The notes beneath the pieces were generated by a model, which did no database searches, had not been told where the DNA came from, and saw only the letters and a program-made list of their open reading frames with translations. The position numbers were made by a program, and so were the translations under genes. Positions 59,501 through 64,000 of a stretch of 64,000 nt of DNA are shown here, one piece after another. Location: the NCBI GenBank assembly GCA_965116875.1, contig OZ220733.1, positions 864,001 through 928,000 on the forward strand, read 5' to 3'. Source of the stretch: Candidatus Latescibacterota bacterium. Its GTDB lineage: Bacteria > Latescibacterota > UBA2968 > GCA-2709665. Position 1 is the stretch's first letter; every line of letters begins with the position of its first letter.

Positions 59501-59686
59501 GGCGGGAAGTCGGCCCTCTGGTCGCCGCTGGCCAACGTCATCCTTTTCGGATTGCTGGTCTCGACAATCCTGACGTTATTTGTCATCCCCTGCTTCATGG
59601 CCGCCCTGGACGATATCAAACGGGAGCGAAAGAAGGCGCGCCTGCGGGCGGACGAACAGGATTCACGGACATACGCTCAGAGTTGA
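56570..59686 (+). CDS. RND efflux permease (AcrB/CusA superfamily)
   Basis: GIIVDDAIIVIEN; GIVVNDAI; RLRPIILTS. Confidence 0.95.
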   Translation: MSIAKFSVRNPVFVNLVMVGLFCFGAICLVSMPQELNPQIDFNWVIVSIPYPGASPEEVESLIVEPVEAEVHDLDKIDELQSSAGEGLALFLIKFEDMSESEFREIYTDLKARIDRVALPDEAEDPHVDDFDSGDFLPILTVNMAYTIPEENAQIVAEDLEEDLKNLSGVARIQVAGLPDREIWIEVDPSGLTARGLSVLDVVRALRARNLNLPGGTLTYRAKEYAIRSLAEFRNVEEIRETIIRATPGGETVRIRDVARVQDRREEPEVLSRLNGEPSITFSLSKSADANTNDVIQAVKETVSRYEDRVPDGISFSFTDDNSVYINRVIEALRNNAITGMILISLVLWLFLGSWNAFLATLGIPISFFITFILLSFSGYTINGSTLFAMVMVLGIIVDDAIIVIENCHRYRLQGRSASESAVLGASEVTTPILSSVGTNVAAFLPLILLPDVMGKFMRVIPLTFALALVASVFEAFVLLPSHYAEWTRRSNAHKRGEQPFFRKLRRVYSRLLVRTLRRRYWVIGCLVAVLAGAVMLIPLLGVDFYSGEEFDAFKVLIKFPEGTSLDESDRVTRAYEAEALRLPGEDVEGVVTNVGLLQSNTEWLTRKSVSQVIVQLKPREERARMSDELIAVLRERTEHIAGPASVVFEKFTGGPPEGKPISVKVQGRYLDRMKEAALALQDSLRRIPGTLEVTDDFPPGKDAIRIEVDEVRAALYGFTAQEVALNVRYAFDGVEATKFRDGDEEVGVIVQYARENRAAVEDVLNVQVTNPAGGTVALRDMVSFSIGPGRTQIQRFDQKRTIFVTGEVDEAVTQLSQINDRMLEIFPSIEARFSDVSFVIGGEFTDFMEAFEDIAALFAISLILMFVILGTQFNSYAQPLVILTAVPFAIIGALLGLLISRNPFSLTAMFGFVGLAGIVVNDAIVMVAFINRRRRADGSVTNIWRSIVNAGRLRLRPIILTSVTTISGLLPMAIGIGGKSALWSPLANVILFGLLVSTILTLFVIPCFMAALDDIKRERKKARLRADEQDSRTYAQS

Positions 59687-59718
59687 CGGTCGGCTGGCGT
59701 TAACCAAAGGAGACATCG

Positions 59719-60612
59719 ATGGCACTGACGGAAACGGAACTGAGACAATACGAGGAACAGGGCGCGGTCACGGTTGACAGCCCGTTTACAACCGCCGAAC
59801 TGGACCGGGCCGAAGCCGCGTGGGACCGCCTGACGGAGAGCGGCCGTCCGTTCTACGAAGAACCGGACTACCTCGACGTCTTTCAGCACCCCTTCTTCGA
59901 AGAAGTGGCCATGGACGTACTCCGCGCGGATGGCGTGCACCTGTGGTGGGGCGTGTCCCCCCATGGCCGGCATCCTTCGAATGCGCCATTCGGGAGCGTA
60001 CGGGATCAATGGGCCGGCGGATGCCACACCGACATCCAGGCCACGTGGGACGACTTCCGGGCAACGCCCCGAAGGATGCGCGCGGAGCTCTGGTTCTGGC
60101 TCAACGACGTGCCGGAGCACCGCGGCGCGATGCGCGTCATTCCCGGCAGCCACCGCCCGATCATGGAATACTGGAACCGCGTCCTGACGCCGGAGCACAA
60201 GGCCATGCTGCCTCGCGTCCACGGCGTGCGTCCGGATCCGCCCGAAGGCGCGCCGGCCTATCCGGAGCATGTCCCGGATCTGGCGGATTCGCCCTGGCTG
60301 GAGCAGGAACCCACGCCCATGGTGGCTCGACGGGGGCAGATGCTGATTCTGTGCAGTTCCGGCCTGCACTCGGCCTGGCAGAATGAGGACAACGTTCCCC
60401 GGAAAGCGATGCTTTCGGCCTGGGCGGCTACGGGCGTTTCGTGCGGACTCCCGAAAGGCCAGCGCGACTCGCTGATGGCCTTCTTCCCGCTTCTGCGCCG
60501 GAAACTGCGGCCCGACCGGGCGCACATCGTTCCGGAGGACTTCGACTGGCTTTTCGAGAGCAACTACGAGCCGAAGTGGTCCGAGACGTTTATCGGGACT
60601 TCGACCGGATAA
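59719..60612 (+). CDS. PhyH-like Fe(II)/2-oxoglutarate dioxygenase
   Basis: HTD, GAMRVIPGSH, GLHSA. Confidence 0.85.
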   Translation: MALTETELRQYEEQGAVTVDSPFTTAELDRAEAAWDRLTESGRPFYEEPDYLDVFQHPFFEEVAMDVLRADGVHLWWGVSPHGRHPSNAPFGSVRDQWAGGCHTDIQATWDDFRATPRRMRAELWFWLNDVPEHRGAMRVIPGSHRPIMEYWNRVLTPEHKAMLPRVHGVRPDPPEGAPAYPEHVPDLADSPWLEQEPTPMVARRGQMLILCSSGLHSAWQNEDNVPRKAMLSAWAATGVSCGLPKGQRDSLMAFFPLLRRKLRPDRAHIVPEDFDWLFESNYEPKWSETFIGTSTG

Positions 60613-60629
60613 CACCAGGAGGAAGTACA

Positions 60630-61853
60630 ATGCAGGAAGTCGATCGCGAACGATTCCTGGAGGAGGGCTACCTCGTGGTAAAGGAAGCCATTCCCCGGGA
60701 AAAACTGCAGGACGTCCGCCGGGCTTACGAAGCGCTCGTGGACCGGCAACGCGAAAACTGGAAGGCCACGCGAAAGGAAGGAGACCCGCCCGGTGGCGAG
60801 TGGGAGTCCAGCCCTCAACCCCGCCTGATGCTGAACCGGCCGCCGCTGGTCGGCGGAATCAGCGAGGAGACGGCGCCCGCGGTGGAGGCGTGGCTGGAGC
60901 CAAACGTTTACGGCATCAGTTCAAAGCTCCTGGGCGTAGCCGACGCGTCGGTAACCGAAATGATGATGATGTGCAATCCGGTCCGGGACCACGGCCCGGC
61001 AAAGTGGCATCGCGACCACCACCCGATCGACACGGCGCCCCTCCAGGGGTATATCGACGACATCCTGGAAGGGGGACCCCGTTACGTTCAATGGAACATC
61101 CCCCTGTACGACGACAACGTCCTGTGGGTGATCCCGGGCAGCCACGTCCGGTTCAATACGGACGAGGAGAACGAGTACCTGCTGGCCGATCCGTGCCAGC
61201 CATTGCCGAAAGGCGTCCGGACCCACCTCGAAGCCGGAGACGGCGTTGTCTACATTCTCCCGATTCTCCACTGGGGCAGCAAGTACAGCCCCCGGTTGAG
61301 ACGGACGGTTCACGGCGGATTCTCCACGCATACGTCGATCGACGATCTCTCTTTCGTGGAATACCTTTCCGCGGGAGCGGCGGCGGCATTCCGGCGGTGG
61401 AACGACCGGAGCCTGGAGATGAAGGGGCATTCGGAGGCGGCGCTCAGGGCGGTTGTGGCACGCGACGGAGAGGCGTACATCGAGGCGTTGGACCGGCTTC
61501 ATCCGGACAGAGGCGAAAAGGGAAGGTTGCTCTCCACGGTCTTTCTGTGCAAGGCGGCTCTGGCGATCCGGCTTGCCGGGAAGGCCCCGTATCCCGACGT
61601 TCCCGATGAACTCTCACGCCGGCTTCGAGGCGCACATCCGATCACGCTCAACTGGGGTCCCGATTTCGCCGGGCGATTCAGCGAGTCGGAGGCGGAGACG
61701 TTATGGAACAGGTTCGAACCGCTGGACGGGCTGCTCCGGTCGGACACGGAGCATTTCGTGCCGGGATTCCAGTCAGGGCCGATGAAATACCACTTCAACG
61801 AAATGCCGGAGAATTACACGATCGCGGACTTCATTTCGGGATGGGCTACGTAG
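60630..61853 (+). CDS. PhyH-like dioxygenase with helical C-terminal extension
   Basis: FLEEGYLVV, WHRD, VIPGSH, ILHWG; GGAGG RBS before ATG at 60630. Confidence 0.85.
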   Translation: MQEVDRERFLEEGYLVVKEAIPREKLQDVRRAYEALVDRQRENWKATRKEGDPPGGEWESSPQPRLMLNRPPLVGGISEETAPAVEAWLEPNVYGISSKLLGVADASVTEMMMMCNPVRDHGPAKWHRDHHPIDTAPLQGYIDDILEGGPRYVQWNIPLYDDNVLWVIPGSHVRFNTDEENEYLLADPCQPLPKGVRTHLEAGDGVVYILPILHWGSKYSPRLRRTVHGGFSTHTSIDDLSFVEYLSAGAAAAFRRWNDRSLEMKGHSEAALRAVVARDGEAYIEALDRLHPDRGEKGRLLSTVFLCKAALAIRLAGKAPYPDVPDELSRRLRGAHPITLNWGPDFAGRFSESEAETLWNRFEPLDGLLRSDTEHFVPGFQSGPMKYHFNEMPENYTIADFISGWAT

Positions 61854-61878
61854 CAAAGCCACCCCACGTCTCGCCCGC

Positions 61879-64000
61879 TCAATACACGAAGATGTCCTCA
61901 AGACCGACCTCGCTGACGGAGCCGTATTTCTCCAGCGCCGCGAGGTCGATTTTTTCCCTGTCCCCCACGATGGAAATCAGTTTCACCCGGTTCTTCAGGT
62001 TCTTGCCGTAGAACGCCAGCATGTCGTCCATTCCGGCGGCCTGGATTCTCTCGAATCGCGACTTTCGGGGATCCACCGGAATGCCCAGCCGTTCCCAGGA
62101 CCGAACGGACCCCAAGACCCGTCGAAAGCTGACTTTGTTGGTGCGATATCTGTTCAGAATGGAGGTGCGGGCTTCTTCGAATCGCTCGGGCGTGACCGGC
62201 ATGTCGTCCATCAGGCCGATAAACGCTTCCACGGCTTCGATCGTCTTGTCGGGCTGGCAGGCGATGGATCCCGCCAGGAGGTTCTGGTCTCCCTTCCGGC
62301 TGCCATTGAAGTATCGCGCCCACGCCGAATAGGCCAGCGCACGGGCCTCTCTGAGTTCCTGGAAGACGATTCCGCTCATTCCGCCGCCGAAATAGCTGTT
62401 ATAGAGTTCGGTAGCGGGAACGGATGCTTCGTTGAAATCTTTGTCCCCGAACTCGATATAGACGAGCGCCTGCGCAAGGGGCTTGTGGAAGAAGCGTATC
62501 TCGGTCCGTTCGGGAGTCCGCGCCTTGTAGAATCTGTACGCCGGCGGGTCCTCGAGCGCGTTCGGGACCGGATGGTGTTTTTTCAGGACGGCCAGGACCT
62601 TCTGTAAAGGAAGAGAACCTGTATAGGCGATGGTGTGTTTGTGTCTGAACAGGTTGCGGACCAGACCATGAAGCTCCTCCATCGAGAGTTCGCCCAGGGC
62701 TTCATTGGACAATGCGCGCAGATAGCGGGAGTCCTTTCCGTATCTGTTGAACAGAACGACACCGCCCTGAATGGTGCGGTGATTCTTTTTGGCGTCTTCG
62801 CGCTCGGCAAGGACGATCTTCACGAGTTCGTCCAGAGTTGATTTGTCCGCCGATGGATTGTTGACGAGTTGCGCCATAAGGGCAAGCGAAGCCTCGATGT
62901 TTTCATCCAGCCCGGAGACGGTAACGCTGGTCTCGTTGTTACCGGCCGACATGGAGAACTCGGTACCGAGCTTGTACCACTCCTTCTTGAGGGCTTCGGA
63001 GGTGTGACGTCCGGCGCCGGACTTGTCGAGAAGCCGGGCGGCCATACCCATCCTGTTGTTCTGGTTGTTGCCCAGGTCCACGGTGAAGGTGAGGGAGAAG
63101 AGGTCGTTGATGGGGTTCCGGGAGTAGTAGAGCCGGACGCCATCGCGGTAATCGGCAATCCGGTAGTCTTTGCCCGGGTCGACGAAGGTGGGCTCGATTT
63201 CCTCGGCCGAAATGGCCAGCACATTGCCGGCAAAAACCGACTGACGTGTGGCGTCGATGTTGATTTTGTCGATCCGGGGCTTCTGGATCCTGGGAATCTC
63301 GTGCTGTTCGTCGACGCGGTATCCGGCAACGTAATCGTCCGCGAAATAATGCCGCGCAACGCGGACCACGTCGTCCTTGGTGACCCGTTCCAGGCGGGCG
63401 ATCTCATTGACCGTATGGCTCCAGTCGTGATATGCGAGGAACGAATTGCGAATCCGGCGCACCCTGGCGTTGTCCGACTCCAACTCCCTCTTGTTGTTCT
63501 TCTTGAAGTCGGTGACGATCGCGGGCAGAATCCAGTCTTCGAATTGCCCGCTCTTTATGATTTCAAGTTGATCGAGCAACAACTGTTCCACTTCCTCGAG
63601 GGTCTGGTCCTTCTTTGGAATGCCCCAGAGGTACTGTGCGCCGCCGTCGTTGTACAGCGTCGGATACGATCCCGCCCGCCGGACCTTCTGTTTCTGGTTG
63701 AGATTCAGGTTGATCAATCCGGCGGTGGCGTTGTCCAGAATCATATCCAGGAGTCTGAGCGCGTCCGCGTCCTGATGACTCCTGGATGCCGTCCTGAACG
63801 CCAGAAGCACGTACTCCTCGCCCTGGAACCCGACCTGGACGCGCTCGGCGCCACTGAGGGGCGGCTCCTTCCAGTCGGGCAACTTCGGCAGCGGCCCGGG
63901 CTCCCATGCCGAGAAGTGCTCGTCGATCAGCTTGATGGTTTCGTCGATCCGGATATCGCCCGATATCGCGATCGCCATATTGTTCGGGACGTAATAGGTA
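61879..64000 (-). CDS. M16 family zinc peptidase (partial, N-terminus beyond the window end)
   Basis: YVPNNMAIAISGD; GGGMSGIVFQELREARALAYS. Confidence 0.85.
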   Translation of the reverse strand, partial: TYYVPNNMAIAISGDIRIDETIKLIDEHFSAWEPGPLPKLPDWKEPPLSGAERVQVGFQGEEYVLLAFRTASRSHQDADALRLLDMILDNATAGLINLNLNQKQKVRRAGSYPTLYNDGGAQYLWGIPKKDQTLEEVEQLLLDQLEIIKSGQFEDWILPAIVTDFKKNNKRELESDNARVRRIRNSFLAYHDWSHTVNEIARLERVTKDDVVRVARHYFADDYVAGYRVDEQHEIPRIQKPRIDKINIDATRQSVFAGNVLAISAEEIEPTFVDPGKDYRIADYRDGVRLYYSRNPINDLFSLTFTVDLGNNQNNRMGMAARLLDKSGAGRHTSEALKKEWYKLGTEFSMSAGNNETSVTVSGLDENIEASLALMAQLVNNPSADKSTLDELVKIVLAEREDAKKNHRTIQGGVVLFNRYGKDSRYLRALSNEALGELSMEELHGLVRNLFRHKHTIAYTGSLPLQKVLAVLKKHHPVPNALEDPPAYRFYKARTPERTEIRFFHKPLAQALVYIEFGDKDFNEASVPATELYNSYFGGGMSGIVFQELREARALAYSAWARYFNGSRKGDQNLLAGSIACQPDKTIEAVEAFIGLMDDMPVTPERFEEARTSILNRYRTNKVSFRRVLGSVRSWERLGIPVDPRKSRFERIQAAGMDDMLAFYGKNLKNRVKLISIVGDREKIDLAALEKYGSVSEVGLEDIFVY

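Overview
GC-rich bacterial DNA, probably from an FCB-superphylum lineage such as Ca. Latescibacterota. That placement is inferred only from gene content (PorV, GWxTD, DUF6785-type transporters, PhyH and Gfo/Idh/MocA expansions). I found no rRNA, tRNA or CRISPR. Main blocks: (i) 1-9.3 kb and 36.5-44.3 kb, repeated modules of Gfo/Idh/MocA oxidoreductases (3 copies), stand-alone homocysteine S-methyltransferase (HMT/BHMT)-family genes (5 full copies plus a remnant; one copy lacks all three Zn-ligand cysteines) and DUF6785-like membrane proteins; (ii) 9.5-21.4 kb, an envelope operon (OMP, CxxCH/EF-hand protein, TonB-dependent receptor, T9SS-like cargo, PorV, GWxTD-TPR, TonB); (iii) 22.7-35.9 kb, a TPR gene, a split Opp-type ABC transporter, a PL26/YetA-like lyase and an ASPIC/UnbV protein; (iv) 45-54 kb, an accessory zone (HEPN, MNT, four-helix-bundle gene, IS21 remnant, AAA_14-DUF4143 ATPase, IS1380, DUF2283 pair); (v) RND efflux, two PhyH-like dioxygenases and an M16 peptidase. 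Intergenic DNA is a mosaic of at least six dispersed repeat families. The strongest candidates for undescribed systems are a four-helix-bundle cassette with inverted heptamer arms and gene-less siblings, the triple 11-mer arrays (23-bp period) flanking the AAA-DUF4143 gene, and the HMT/Gfo paralog module. All family calls are by motif recognition, not database search.
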